64,000 nucleotides of DNA, taken from positions 32,001 through 96,000 of the forward strand of contig JANNBC010000013.1 in the NCBI GenBank assembly GCA_031385045.1, in the 5' to 3' direction. The translations under genes and the position numbers were made by a program. Under the pieces are notes generated by a model, which searched no databases, was not told where the DNA came from, and worked only from the letters and a program-made list of their open reading frames with translations. This document shows, piece after piece, positions 8,013 to 18,074 of the stretch (position 1 is its first letter; each line of letters starts with the position of its first letter). The DNA is from a bacterium (GTDB taxonomy: Bacteria; Bdellovibrionota_C; UBA2361; CALJRW01).

Positions 8013-10571
8013 ATGTCCAAGAAACTTGTAATTGTAGAATCACCCACTAAAGCCAAAACCATCAGCAAATTCCTAGGAAAAGGCTATGATGTGCGCTCCT
8101 CCTATGGACATATTAGGGATTTACCAGACAGCGCCAAGGAAATTCCAGCAAACGTCAAAAAGGAACCTTGGGCCCGCCTTGGAATTAATATAGATAAGGA
8201 TTTCGAGCCCTTATACATTATTTCAGCCGATAAAAAGAAGCGAGTTAAGGAACTTAAAGATCTTTTGAAAGAAGCAGATGAGATTTACCTAGCTACCGAT
8301 GAAGACCGCGAAGGAGAATCCATCAGTTGGCACCTGTTAGAGGTCTTAAAGCCAAAAGTTCCTGTTAAAAGAATGGTTTTTCATGAAATTACCAAAGAAG
8401 CCATCCAAGCTGCAATTAATTCCCCGAGAGATGTGGATATGCACTTAGTGGAAGCTCAAGAAACTCGTCGAGTTGTTGACCGTTTATATGGCTACACCGT
8501 CTCTCCTTTGCTTTGGAAAAAAATGGCTCCAAGACTTAGTGCTGGCCGAGTTCAAAGTGTTGTCTTAAGATTGCTAGTGGAAAGAGAAAGAGAAAGAATT
8601 AGCTTTCGAAGTGGAACGTATTGGGACTTAAAAGCAACATTCGCTAAAGACAGTCAAGAATTTGATGCGGAACTATTTAGCTACAAGAATCAAAGAATTG
8701 CCAGCGGAAAAGATTTCGATCCAATAAATGGTAAACTAACAGCTACATCCAAGGTCTTACTTCTTAATGCTGAGGAATCAGACAAACTGCGTACTGAGTT
8801 AAAAAAACAAACTGCTAAAATAAGCGAGGTTGATAGCAAACCGTACACAACAAAACCCTACGCTCCATTTACTACTAGCACAATTCAACAGGAAGCTAAC
8901 CGCAAACTTAGATTCTCGGCACAACGCACTATGCGTCTTGCTCAAACTCTTTATGAGAATGGTTATATTACCTACATGAGAACTGACTCAACAACTTTGT
9001 CAGCGGAAGCAATTGATGGTGCCAGAAAAATTATTTCCAATGAATTCGGTAAAGAATACTTACCGACTGCTCCTCGTGAATATAAAACTAAAGTAAAAAA
9101 TGCCCAAGAAGCCCACGAAGCAATTCGCCCAGCAGGTTCTAACTTTGCCGATCCGCAAGATGTTAAAAAGGCTCTAGGAGAAGACGAATTCAAATTATAC
9201 GAAATGATTTGGAAAAGAATGCTAGCCTGTCAGATGAAAGATGCCGAAGGCAATCGTCAATCACTAAGTGTTCAATTAGGAGATGCTGTCTTTAAAGCAT
9301 CTGGAAAAACAATTACTTTTCCCGGATTTTTAAGAGCCTACGTTGAAGGCAGTGACGATCCCGAAGCTGAAATTGCTGACCAAGAAAAAATCTTACCCGC
9401 ACTAAAAGTTTCTGAAGAATTAAGCACTAAAAAGCTTGATACCTTCGAACATAAAACTCAATCACCCGCGCGCTACACAGAAGGTAGCTTAATTAAGGAA
9501 TTAGAAAAACGTGGTATTGGCCGACCAAGTACCTGGGCCAGCGTTGTAAATCTAGTATTAACTAGAACCTATGCCTTCAAAAAAGGGACAGCCTTAGTTC
9601 CTAGTTTTCTAGCCCAAGCACTAGTTGGGTTACTAGAAAATTATTTTACAAACTTAGTCGACTATTCCTTCACTGCTCAACTAGAAGACGACCTAGATGA
9701 AATTTCCCTAGGTAAAAGTAATCGTCTAACGTATCTAACAAGTTTCTATCATGGCAATGGTCACTTAGGACTAAAAGCCTTGGTTGAAAAAGGTGAAGAG
9801 ACAATTGATCCACGAATAGTTTGTGGATTAGAAATTGGACATGACGCTAATGGCGTAAAACTAGAAGTGCGAATTGGTCGCTATGGTCCGTTCCTAACTA
9901 ACGGAGAAACACGTGCAGGTCTTCCAGAGGAATTAGCTCCCGACGAGCTCACTATGGAACGAGCCTTAGAGTTAATTGCAACAGCAGAGCGTGGTCCAGA
10001 ATCCCTTGGTATCGAACCGGAGTCAGGCCTTCCTGTCTTCCTAAAAACTGGACGCTATGGGCCTTATGTTCAACTAGGAGAGAAAACTGAGGATTATCCA
10101 AAACCAAAAATGGCCTCGCTTTTAAGCAATCAAGTTGCAATAGATCTAACACTAGAACAAGCAATTGGACTACTGAGTCTTCCTCGTAAAATTGGAACAT
10201 TCCCCGACAACAACGAAGATATAGTTGCTGCTAATGGAAGATTTGGACCCTACCTAAAAGCGGGAACTGAAACACGAAGCTTAAACTTAGCTAATCATTC
10301 TCCTGTTACAGTAACACTGGAAGAAGCAATTGAAATTTTACGCACACCCAAAACTCGTGGCCGACAAACCGTTGCTAGTGTCTTAAAAGAATTGGGAGTT
10401 CATCCAGTTACTAATAAGAAGCTACAAATTAAGAATGGTAAGTATGGGCCTTACGTGACTGATGGAAAACTAAATGCCTCAGTTCCAAAAGATAAATCAC
10501 CAGAAGAAGTGACATTAGAAGATGCTGTAAATTTGCTCAGCTTAAGAGCTGAGCAAATTAAAAATAAATAA
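8013..10571 (+). CDS. topA: DNA topoisomerase I with C-terminal GRYGPY-type repeats
   Basis: LVIVESPTKAKTI, ATDEDREGE, SAGRVQS, GYITYMRTDS (catalytic Tyr), AQEAHEAIRP; four GR/KY/FGP repeats in place of zinc ribbons. Confidence 0.97.
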   Translation: MSKKLVIVESPTKAKTISKFLGKGYDVRSSYGHIRDLPDSAKEIPANVKKEPWARLGINIDKDFEPLYIISADKKKRVKELKDLLKEADEIYLATDEDREGESISWHLLEVLKPKVPVKRMVFHEITKEAIQAAINSPRDVDMHLVEAQETRRVVDRLYGYTVSPLLWKKMAPRLSAGRVQSVVLRLLVERERERISFRSGTYWDLKATFAKDSQEFDAELFSYKNQRIASGKDFDPINGKLTATSKVLLLNAEESDKLRTELKKQTAKISEVDSKPYTTKPYAPFTTSTIQQEANRKLRFSAQRTMRLAQTLYENGYITYMRTDSTTLSAEAIDGARKIISNEFGKEYLPTAPREYKTKVKNAQEAHEAIRPAGSNFADPQDVKKALGEDEFKLYEMIWKRMLACQMKDAEGNRQSLSVQLGDAVFKASGKTITFPGFLRAYVEGSDDPEAEIADQEKILPALKVSEELSTKKLDTFEHKTQSPARYTEGSLIKELEKRGIGRPSTWASVVNLVLTRTYAFKKGTALVPSFLAQALVGLLENYFTNLVDYSFTAQLEDDLDEISLGKSNRLTYLTSFYHGNGHLGLKALVEKGEETIDPRIVCGLEIGHDANGVKLEVRIGRYGPFLTNGETRAGLPEELAPDELTMERALELIATAERGPESLGIEPESGLPVFLKTGRYGPYVQLGEKTEDYPKPKMASLLSNQVAIDLTLEQAIGLLSLPRKIGTFPDNNEDIVAANGRFGPYLKAGTETRSLNLANHSPVTVTLEEAIEILRTPKTRGRQTVASVLKELGVHPVTNKKLQIKNGKYGPYVTDGKLNASVPKDKSPEEVTLEDAVNLLSLRAEQIKNK

Positions 10572-10578
10572 TTAAAAG

Positions 10579-10598
10579 CCTAGAAAGATTTTTCTAGG
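10579..10598. terminator. Possible terminator hairpin between convergent topA and pilin genes
   Basis: CCTAGAAA-gatt-TTTCTAGG, 8-bp stem; U-tract only on the minus strand. Confidence 0.35.
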
Positions 10599-10646
10599 TG
10601 GAATTTAGCTACAGTTAAAGCTAAGAACCCGAAACAAACTCAATAA

Positions 10647-11210
10647 CTAAAACCCTGCTGCCTCACACCCACTGATTGATAGACCCGGAATTTTCTGGGC
10701 AGTCTCGACAGTCCCATTGCGGTAATAGTAAAATCCCGACCTAGTTTGTGTAACATAACCTGACATACTTGTGTAGCTACCAAAAGATCCCTTACAACTT
10801 TTAACTTCAATTACCGTAACATCGCCTTTAGGCTGATATATAAAAAAAAGTGTGAGATAAGGTGATTTAATTATTGGCCAAAGTGTGGCATCTAAAACCT
10901 GCGTTACTCTTGCTGACGCAGCTCCTAGAGCAGTTAAGTTATGATAGACAAGAGATGTCCCATTTAAGGACTTTGATGCAACCACTTCCGCAAGATTTGT
11001 CGCATTGTTTACTGGCAAATCATCTACTAGACCAGAAAGACTAAACAGTGCTTGCTTAACACTATTCGCGATGGATTCAGATTCAACATCATAGGCAGCC
11101 GTTCGATAGTTCCCATATAAAGATAGTGAAATCGAAGCCAAAATACCAAGAATCGCCACAGTCGTTAGCAACTCAACTAACGTAAATCCCTTTGATGTCA
11201 ATGTCTGCAT
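10647..11210 (-). CDS. Type IV pilin-like protein (prepilin N-terminal cleavage/methylation domain)
   Basis: KG|FTLVELLTTVAILGILASI class III signal; two C-terminal Cys. Confidence 0.88.
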   Translation of the reverse strand: MQTLTSKGFTLVELLTTVAILGILASISLSLYGNYRTAAYDVESESIANSVKQALFSLSGLVDDLPVNNATNLAEVVASKSLNGTSLVYHNLTALGAASARVTQVLDATLWPIIKSPYLTLFFIYQPKGDVTVIEVKSCKGSFGSYTSMSGYVTQTRSGFYYYRNGTVETAQKIPGLSISGCEAAGF

Positions 11211-11457
11211 CTAGATAACCAATAAAAGCATCTCCCGCATTTCTAACAACATAAGAACACATTATTGCGACACTACAATCTGGAAGACTATTATATTAAG
11301 AATAAGTGATCACTATTCTAATTACAAGACATAACCTCATAATTAGAATCGATTGGTAAGTATGAGTAGTTAAAAAATAAGTCTTTCTACCTTTATCAAA
11401 TTGAGTAACTAATAATATAATCAATGCTATGAGCTCTCATAACCTGCCACAATAACT

Positions 11458-13374
11458 GTGTTTAATATCTCTAAGAAATTAACTTCCAGATCTGTAATTA
11501 ACACTCTGCGCTGCAAAAACTTACCATTTATCTTATCGGTAACATTAGCCTGCTGTCTTTACTTAAGGAAAATCCATGAACTGCTATTTAAGGTCGAACT
11601 AGCTAGCCAATTACCCTTGTTGAACATAGATCTCAGTAGTTATTATCTATGGATCCTAAGAGGAGTAACAGCTCTAGAGAAAAACGGGCAACTGCTCGGA
11701 TATGATCCCTATATGGGTGCAGGAAGGATCATTAGTCCATCTCTTGGCATTGGATGCTTCTTATTAACCAAGATCTGTTATTACCTAAAACCATTATTTT
11801 CAGTGGAACAGTCACTACTCTATCTAGAAATATCTCTAATTATTTTACCACCACTTTTATTAATTCCAGTTTGCAAAACCCTGAGAAGTGATTCCAAGAT
11901 TTATCTGCCAGCACTAATGCTAATAGCCACTGTTTATGGATTCCATCTACCTCTAACTCCCGGTATTCAAAATGGAGCACTACTAACCTTTGAAGCATCT
12001 TGTTTTATCTCAATCTATGTTGTGACACTAATTTGTCGCTGGGTCAAAAGTACTAGTAAAAAAGACTATCTACTTTTTACAATATTACTACCACTTGTCA
12101 TTCAACTTCATATTGCTTCAATCATTACACTTTTCTTCCCATTATTTTTAATTACCTTGAATTTGATTTGGAATAAAAAATTAGGACAATTACTTTACTT
12201 AAGTCTTACCTACTCTTTCTGCCTTCTTGTAAATTATAACTTGCTCGCTCTTTGGATTGAGACAAGAGGTTGGTATACTGGAGCAGACTATCTAGGAAGT
12301 AACTACCTTGTAGTTTGGAATGAACTATTTGGAATAACAGGAGTAGATCTCTTTAGTATACTAAGTTCTGTAATCCGTTGCAGTCTTGTCTTGTTTTCTG
12401 CCGCTTATCTAAGTGCTAACCTAAAAAAGTCTTTTTGTAATAAAAAACTATTATTCTACTGGCTAATCTATTTAATAGTAATTGTATCTTTTGCTGATAA
12501 TTTCCTAGGTGGAAATAAAATCCAAGCCGCCAGATACATGCTCCCTGCTTGGATCATAGTCTTAGTCTTTGCTACTGCCGAACTAAGTCATAAATCAAAT
12601 CGGCCTCTCAAGCTGACCTTCTATAGCTTACTAATTCTTTCTGGATTTATTTGTAAATATTCAACAAAGAACACAGAGCTTTCTAACTCGGCAAAAGTAA
12701 CGCCATATTCTAAGTACTACACACTGACAAATGAAAAAGTTTTTTTTAATATTCTAACCCCCGAAGAGCAACGCCTAGTTAGCTTTATCTCCCATGATCT
12801 ACCTAAAAATGGACGACTACTAATGGAAACAGCAGATAAATTTACTTTTCATTTGGTATCATTAATTAATGCTACTTCCAATGTTTCACAAATTGGCGAG
12901 GAGGCCAAATCAAGTCATACGATCAACAACTTTCAAATTTTTTATCGAGGGGACGATCTAATTGCCTTCCAAGAAATACCTTATTTGCCAAACAGTAACT
13001 TTGAGCAATATTTAAATCTCTATAATATTACCCATATTGCCACCACCGACCTAGTTACTAAAGGGTTAATTAGTCCTTTCTTAGATCCAAAAGGACTTTT
13101 TGTATCAAATATTTACTCGATATTTAAAACTAAGATCGAGCCAACTTGGTTTATGACCGGCAAAGGAGATGTTGAATATGCAATCAATCAAATTAAATTA
13201 CACCATTTATCAGCCGGAGAAATTATCACTAAATTTCATTATATCAAGGGTTTAGTGACCGAACCAAATGTAAAAATTAATCCAATCTACATCCTAAAAG
13301 ATCCCGTTCCCTTTATTTCCTTTAATAATGTTGATGCCCTAAGCGAAATAAAAATATATTTTCCTAGAAACTAG
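11458..13374 (+). CDS. Polytopic membrane protein, GT-C/YfhO-like putative glycosyltransferase
   Basis: Early loop GYDPYMGAG, about 11 TM segments, RY motif after late TMs, soluble C-terminal domain with YNITHI. Confidence 0.55.
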   Translation: MFNISKKLTSRSVINTLRCKNLPFILSVTLACCLYLRKIHELLFKVELASQLPLLNIDLSSYYLWILRGVTALEKNGQLLGYDPYMGAGRIISPSLGIGCFLLTKICYYLKPLFSVEQSLLYLEISLIILPPLLLIPVCKTLRSDSKIYLPALMLIATVYGFHLPLTPGIQNGALLTFEASCFISIYVVTLICRWVKSTSKKDYLLFTILLPLVIQLHIASIITLFFPLFLITLNLIWNKKLGQLLYLSLTYSFCLLVNYNLLALWIETRGWYTGADYLGSNYLVVWNELFGITGVDLFSILSSVIRCSLVLFSAAYLSANLKKSFCNKKLLFYWLIYLIVIVSFADNFLGGNKIQAARYMLPAWIIVLVFATAELSHKSNRPLKLTFYSLLILSGFICKYSTKNTELSNSAKVTPYSKYYTLTNEKVFFNILTPEEQRLVSFISHDLPKNGRLLMETADKFTFHLVSLINATSNVSQIGEEAKSSHTINNFQIFYRGDDLIAFQEIPYLPNSNFEQYLNLYNITHIATTDLVTKGLISPFLDPKGLFVSNIYSIFKTKIEPTWFMTGKGDVEYAINQIKLHHLSAGEIITKFHYIKGLVTEPNVKINPIYILKDPVPFISFNNVDALSEIKIYFPRN

Positions 13375-13376
13375 TA

Positions 13377-13610
13377 TTACTCCTTCGTAATATTTTTAAT
13401 AATTCGTAGCTCTAAATCTCTTAGATCACCAACCTTACTAAATCGATTATCAATAAATTGGCGGAAACTCTTTTTGATAATCTTTAAATGTTTAGCAAAC
13501 CGAAGACAACGACGGCAGATAATCAGATGCATTCTCACTTCCATTCTTTGAAGTAAGGTTAGATCTTCCTGACTATCAACAATCCGAATAATTTCACGGC
13601 AAGATCGCAT
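13377..13610 (-). CDS. zf-HC2 anti-sigma factor
   Basis: SC..I and MHLIICRRC (HxxxCxxC); directly downstream of the ECF sigma. Confidence 0.88.
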   Translation of the reverse strand: MRSCREIIRIVDSQEDLTLLQRMEVRMHLIICRRCLRFAKHLKIIKKSFRQFIDNRFSKVGDLRDLELRIIKNITKE

Positions 13611-13615
13611 AACTC

Positions 13616-14209
13616 TTATCTTGTAATTTTAAACTCTAAGCAGTGTCTTAAGCTAGCCTTTGCTCTAAATAGCAAGACACCTAAGTTAGTGACAGTTACA
13701 TCTAAAATCTTACATATTTCTTGACTTGAATATTCTTCAATCTCTCGAAGATAAAAGGCAAGCCGTTGCGACAAAGGTAGATTAGTAAGACATTTTTCAA
13801 TAAAACTAAGTGTTTGAGAAGCTTCTAGCATTTTATCAGGGCTAACTAGATGACTAGACCAATGGCCTTTGTCATCAAAACAATCATTCAGTAAGTCTTC
13901 GATCCGATCTTCTGGAATATTTTTTTGAATATCTCGATGAAGCTCACGAGCCTTATTATAAAGAATTCCAAAAAGATAAGTTTTAAGCTGAGAACGACCT
14001 TCAAATTTATCAGGAGCCTGAAAAAATATTGCCCAAGTATTTTGCACTAGATCTTCTGCTTCCTGATCTGAAATAAACCCCAAACCATAGGCTCCCTTTA
14101 GTAAGTAAGAAGTATACTCTCTAACAATCAGCTCAATTACCTCAGAATTCTTACTGCTTATTGCCTCGACTAACTCAATCTCAGTAAAATCTTCAATTTT
14201 TTTATTCAC
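13616..14209 (-). CDS. ECF RNA polymerase sigma factor (resembles the TIGR02943 family)
   Basis: AEDLVQNT, FEGRSQLKTYLFGIL, FDDKGHW, EICKILDVTVTNLGVLLFRAK..LRHCLE. Confidence 0.9.
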   Translation of the reverse strand: MNKKIEDFTEIELVEAISSKNSEVIELIVREYTSYLLKGAYGLGFISDQEAEDLVQNTWAIFFQAPDKFEGRSQLKTYLFGILYNKARELHRDIQKNIPEDRIEDLLNDCFDDKGHWSSHLVSPDKMLEASQTLSFIEKCLTNLPLSQRLAFYLREIEEYSSQEICKILDVTVTNLGVLLFRAKASLRHCLEFKITR

Positions 14210-14437
14210 TATAATTTTAATTAAAAACGATTAAAAACAGGAAGTTAAGCTTCTTAACTATAGAATCAGACCCTTCCTATCGCAATAGACTGTAAATTAA
14301 TTCTATAATCTAAAAAACTTTGTAATAATTTAGTTAAGACACACACTAATAGTGGTAATAAAGATTATCTGAGGTAGTTAACTCAAATTCTTTAAAATTT
14401 AAAAAATAAACATATAATATATTCTTGGAGAAATAGA

Positions 14438-14686
14438 ATGATTAAGAAAACTCTTTTGTTAGCATTAATTGCTATCTGTAGCCTAGTGATTGGAATTACT
14501 TCTGCTAGCGCTTCCCCAGTAGCACCAAATAGTAACATGCAAACACTACAAGCTGATGACACCAAAAAGTGTGATGACGGCAAAGAAGATGAAACAGCTA
14601 AATGCGATGACGGCAAAGACAAAGAGGCCACTAAGTGTGGTGATGGGAAAGAGAAAGAAAAATGTGGGGCTGGGAAATGTGGTTAA
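14438..14686 (+). CDS. Secreted Cys-repeat peptide, HvfA/oxazolin (bufferin-like) RiPP-precursor-like
   Basis: Sec signal ending SASA, then KCDDGK x2, KCGDGK and terminal KCGAGKCG; RBS GGAG upstream. Confidence 0.8.
   Translation: MIKKTLLLALIAICSLVIGITSASASPVAPNSNMQTLQADDTKKCDDGKEDETAKCDDGKDKEATKCGDGKEKEKCGAGKCG
14567..14683 (+). repeat. Degenerate 33-bp coding tandem repeat (KC-D/G-DGK units)
   Basis: aagtgtgatgacggcaaagaa / aaatgcgatgacggcaaagac / aagtgtggtgatgggaaagag at 33-nt spacing, then shorter units. Confidence 0.75.
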
Positions 14687-14727
14687 TCTCCTTCTTAGAT
14701 TAATTTTATAGAAAAATTTATTCTTTT

Positions 14728-14764
14728 AAACGGCATTCAGAACTAAAAAAACTGACTGCCGTTT
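14728..14764 (+). terminator. Stem-loop between the precursor gene and doxX (leaky terminator or mRNA stabiliser)
   Basis: AAACGGCA...TGCCGTTT with inner TCAG/CTGA, followed by TCTTT. Confidence 0.6.
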
Positions 14765-14797
14765 TCTTTACCAGCAAAAGTATTTTAATTAACGACT

Positions 14798-15238
14798 ATG
14801 TCTAAAATCCTAAATCTGATTAGCAATTTAAAAGATTTTCCACCTTTACTTTTTCGCTTAATCCTTGCTTATGGATTTCTTTATCCAGCGCTGGCTAAAG
14901 TTAATAATATCTCAGCAATCGCCGAATGGTTTGCTGGTATGAACATTCCCTTTCCTCTTTTAAATGCTTACTTAGCAACTACAACTGAAATATCAGGGGT
15001 AATTTTACTAACTCTGGGACTTGCAACTAGATTAATCTCAATCCCATTAATGTTTACAATGTTCGTTGCAATCTTTACAGTCCACTTTCAACATGGATTT
15101 GAGGCTGGCAAGAATGGCTTTGAGATCCCATTATATTACTTATTAATGCTCTTTAGTTTATTAATCAGTGGCCCTGGAAGATTAAGTTTAGATTATTTAA
15201 TTTTTAAGAAATTTCAATTAAATTCTTGTGGAAAATAA
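14798..15238 (+). CDS. DoxX family membrane protein (HvfX-like)
   Basis: RLILAYGF, EISGVILLTLGLATR, VH, NGFEIPLYY, GPGRLSLD. Confidence 0.9.
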   Translation: MSKILNLISNLKDFPPLLFRLILAYGFLYPALAKVNNISAIAEWFAGMNIPFPLLNAYLATTTEISGVILLTLGLATRLISIPLMFTMFVAIFTVHFQHGFEAGKNGFEIPLYYLLMLFSLLISGPGRLSLDYLIFKKFQLNSCGK

Positions 15239-15815
15239 AAAGCTCTTTGCTGATTTTTCAAATGGAATAATCGATCGGCGTATTTTTCTAAAGGGGCTTT
15301 TAGTTCTAACAGGAAGCTTAACCCTTAGTGGTTGCCTAAGTTATTTTTATCAAGAATCTGGGGAGAGCTCGCGACTTGATAATCTTCAACTGAAAAATAT
15401 TGCAGCAGCACAAAGACATCTTTTCCCTAAAACAGATACAGCTCCAGGAGCCGAACAAATTAATGCTTTAGATTACTTGCAGTTCGTCCTTCATGATCAA
15501 CAGATCAGCCGAGAAGATCGAGACTTTATCCTTAAAGGCGCTGTTTGGCTTAACGAAACAAGCATAGAAGACTTTCAGATTGATTTTTATTTGCTAGATT
15601 TTAATCAACGTGAAAAACTTTTTCAAAAGATCTCCCAAAAAACTTGGGGAGAAAATTGGCTTTCAGCAATTTTAAAATATATCTTTGAAGCACTGCTGAG
15701 TGATCCGCTGTATGGCGGAAACCCAAACTCTATTGGTTGGGATTGGTTACAATTCCAACCTGGATACCCAAGACCTACAGAACTGAATCTTTATCCTAAA
15801 ATTTTAAAGCTATGA
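15228..15815 (+). CDS. Gluconate 2-dehydrogenase subunit 3 family protein (Tat, probable lipoprotein)
   Basis: DRRIFLKG Tat motif, LSGC lipobox, PGA, SDPLYGGN..IGW....PG. Confidence 0.87.
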   Translation: MENKKLFADFSNGIIDRRIFLKGLLVLTGSLTLSGCLSYFYQESGESSRLDNLQLKNIAAAQRHLFPKTDTAPGAEQINALDYLQFVLHDQQISREDRDFILKGAVWLNETSIEDFQIDFYLLDFNQREKLFQKISQKTWGENWLSAILKYIFEALLSDPLYGGNPNSIGWDWLQFQPGYPRPTELNLYPKILKL

Positions 15816-17485
15816 TCAAAGATTGTGATGTTTGCATTATTGGTTCCGGTGCCGGTGGATCCCCAATTGCCTTTGAGCTTGCGAGTGCAGGATATTCTGT
15901 AATTGTCTTAGAAAAGGGGCCGTGGTTTAAAGAAAATGATTTTGCTAAAGATGAGCTAGTAGCAGTGAGACGAAGTGTCTATACACCAAGTCTAAAGCAA
16001 GAATTTCATGTGCTTGAAACTGGCAAAGAGAACAATTGGAAAGCTCAATCAACTTTAGATTCGGGTAGAAACTTTTGGAACGGAAACTGTGTTGGAGGAT
16101 CTTCTAATTTTATGAGTGGTTACTTCCATCGTTTAAAGCCCGAGGATTTTCGACTGCTTTCAGAATTTGGAGCGATTTCTGGGGCTAATATTGCTGACTG
16201 GCCCATTAGCTATCAAGATCTCGAGCCTTACTATGCTAAGGTTGAAAAAATTGTTGGCATCTCAGGAAGAATCATCGCTCATCCCTTTCAAGAACCTCGC
16301 TCTACTCCAGATTTTCCATTTCCACCACTTCAAGAAAATTATGTTAGTAAAATAATTGATGACACCTGTGCTCAATTAAATTTTAATTCTGTGCCAGTTG
16401 CCCGAGCAATTCTTTCACAACCTCATAACAATCGAGCAAGTTGCTACTACTCTAATTTCTGTGGAAGCTATGGTTGTCATAGCGGAGCCAAGGGTAGCGC
16501 CCGTGCTGCCCTTTTAGATCTCGCTGTTAAAACTGGGAAATGTGAGATTCGTCCCCATTCTTTTGTTTATCACCTAACAAGTGACAATCAGGGAAAGGTA
16601 AATCTTGTGAAGTATTATGATCGCGAAGGACAAACACGACAAGTCTCAGCCCAGATTTTTGTAGTAGCCTGCCAAGCAATCGAGACTAGTCGTTTACTCT
16701 TAATGTCTACTGGCAGTAAACATCCTGAGGGTCTTGCCAATCACAATGGTCAGCTTGGTAAAAATTTAATTTTTTCTGCAGGAGCAACTGGCAATGGCAC
16801 AATTCGACTATCTGACTATCCAGAAGACATCGCCCAGCAATTAAAACTTCCCGGACTCTTTGTTAATCGCTCTTTGCAAGACTGGTATATTGCTAACGAT
16901 AGTTCATTAGGTGGAAGGGTTAAAGGGGGACTTATTGATTTTCTTTTCGATCATGCTAATCCAATTCGCCGTGCCAATAGTCTAAAATGGGAGGGTGATC
17001 AATTACTATGGGGCGAAGCACTTCAAAATCGTCTACAAGCAGGATTTACAAATGAAAGACAACTAAACTTCGAAGTCTTTAATGACTGGCTCCCAACCGA
17101 TAATTGCTTTGTAGCTCTAGATCCTACCAATAAAGATAAGTGGCAAAATCCTGTAGCCAAAGTTAGATTAGGATATCATCAACACGACTTAAAAATTGCT
17201 AAATTTCTTGGTGAAAAAGCTAAATCAGTCTTAGAAGCTATGAAACTTAAAAACATAACGACCAGTGTCAGTGGGGCTCCGCCCGCCAATCTTGTCGCTG
17301 GTGGTTGTCGCTTTGGAGTCGACCCTGACAAGCATATCTTAGATCCCGACTGCCGAGCTTACAGTGCTAGTAATTTGTTTGTTGCTGATGCTAGCTTTAT
17401 GCCTACGGGAGGCAGTGTTCCATATACTTGGACAATCTACGCCAATTCATTTCGAGTAGCAGATAAGATTAAAGCTCAACTTTAA
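15812..17485 (+). CDS. GMC family FAD oxidoreductase (gluconate 2-dehydrogenase alpha-like)
   Basis: IIGSGAGG, GNCVGGSS, WPISYQDLEPYY, C-x4-C-x3-C cluster motif CYYSNFCGSYGC, GGCRFG, NLFVADASFMPTGG. Confidence 0.92.
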   Translation: MIKDCDVCIIGSGAGGSPIAFELASAGYSVIVLEKGPWFKENDFAKDELVAVRRSVYTPSLKQEFHVLETGKENNWKAQSTLDSGRNFWNGNCVGGSSNFMSGYFHRLKPEDFRLLSEFGAISGANIADWPISYQDLEPYYAKVEKIVGISGRIIAHPFQEPRSTPDFPFPPLQENYVSKIIDDTCAQLNFNSVPVARAILSQPHNNRASCYYSNFCGSYGCHSGAKGSARAALLDLAVKTGKCEIRPHSFVYHLTSDNQGKVNLVKYYDREGQTRQVSAQIFVVACQAIETSRLLLMSTGSKHPEGLANHNGQLGKNLIFSAGATGNGTIRLSDYPEDIAQQLKLPGLFVNRSLQDWYIANDSSLGGRVKGGLIDFLFDHANPIRRANSLKWEGDQLLWGEALQNRLQAGFTNERQLNFEVFNDWLPTDNCFVALDPTNKDKWQNPVAKVRLGYHQHDLKIAKFLGEKAKSVLEAMKLKNITTSVSGAPPANLVAGGCRFGVDPDKHILDPDCRAYSASNLFVADASFMPTGGSVPYTWTIYANSFRVADKIKAQL

Positions 17486-17994
17486 ATAGCATTTATTTGA
17501 TCAATTAATTGCTTAAAGCCTGATGGTTCTAAGCTAGCTGACTCCATTAACTTCACAATTAACTGATTATTTTTTAAAACAGCACGAGAAATTGGATATG
17601 CAATTAAGATCTCCATTAGTTGTTTAGCTAATTCTTGATTAACACATTCATCAAACAATAGAATTTCACTTTTGAGATTATCAGCCTTAATCACAAACTT
17701 AGCTTTTGATCTACAAAAATAAGGCGCTGTGGAACGATAAAATTCTAGCTGGTGAAAATTATTATTTGCAATTGGAACGGAGAAAGATCCCTTGGCTACT
17801 GAGACAGAATAGCGACTAAGCTCTACATTTTGTTCCTCGGTTAAGAGGACTTCCTTTTTCTTCCCAAGCTTTGCCATTGACCGACCAATTAACCAGGGAA
17901 CAAGTGGTAGAGCGGGAATAATTGATAACAATGGCGCGAATGGACAAGACATTACTACTACTCTCCCATCATTTAAATCATTTGCAAAGATCAA
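17482..17994 (-). CDS. Hypothetical protein
   Basis: 170-aa ORF with one hydrophobic segment; start uncertain. Confidence 0.5.
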   Translation of the reverse strand: MIFANDLNDGRVVVMSCPFAPLLSIIPALPLVPWLIGRSMAKLGKKKEVLLTEEQNVELSRYSVSVAKGSFSVPIANNNFHQLEFYRSTAPYFCRSKAKFVIKADNLKSEILLFDECVNQELAKQLMEILIAYPISRAVLKNNQLIVKLMESASLEPSGFKQLIDQINAI

Positions 17995-18074
17995 GAAAAG
18001 TAGCCGACTAAGTTTTGTAACTCTAGTTAATATCTGCTAAGATTTACCAAGCAATTTAATACTATAGAAATTTT

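Noticed and set aside
14392..14631. 79-aa minus-strand ORF with SLPSSH repeats
   Set aside because: Antisense reading of the Cys-repeat peptide gene.
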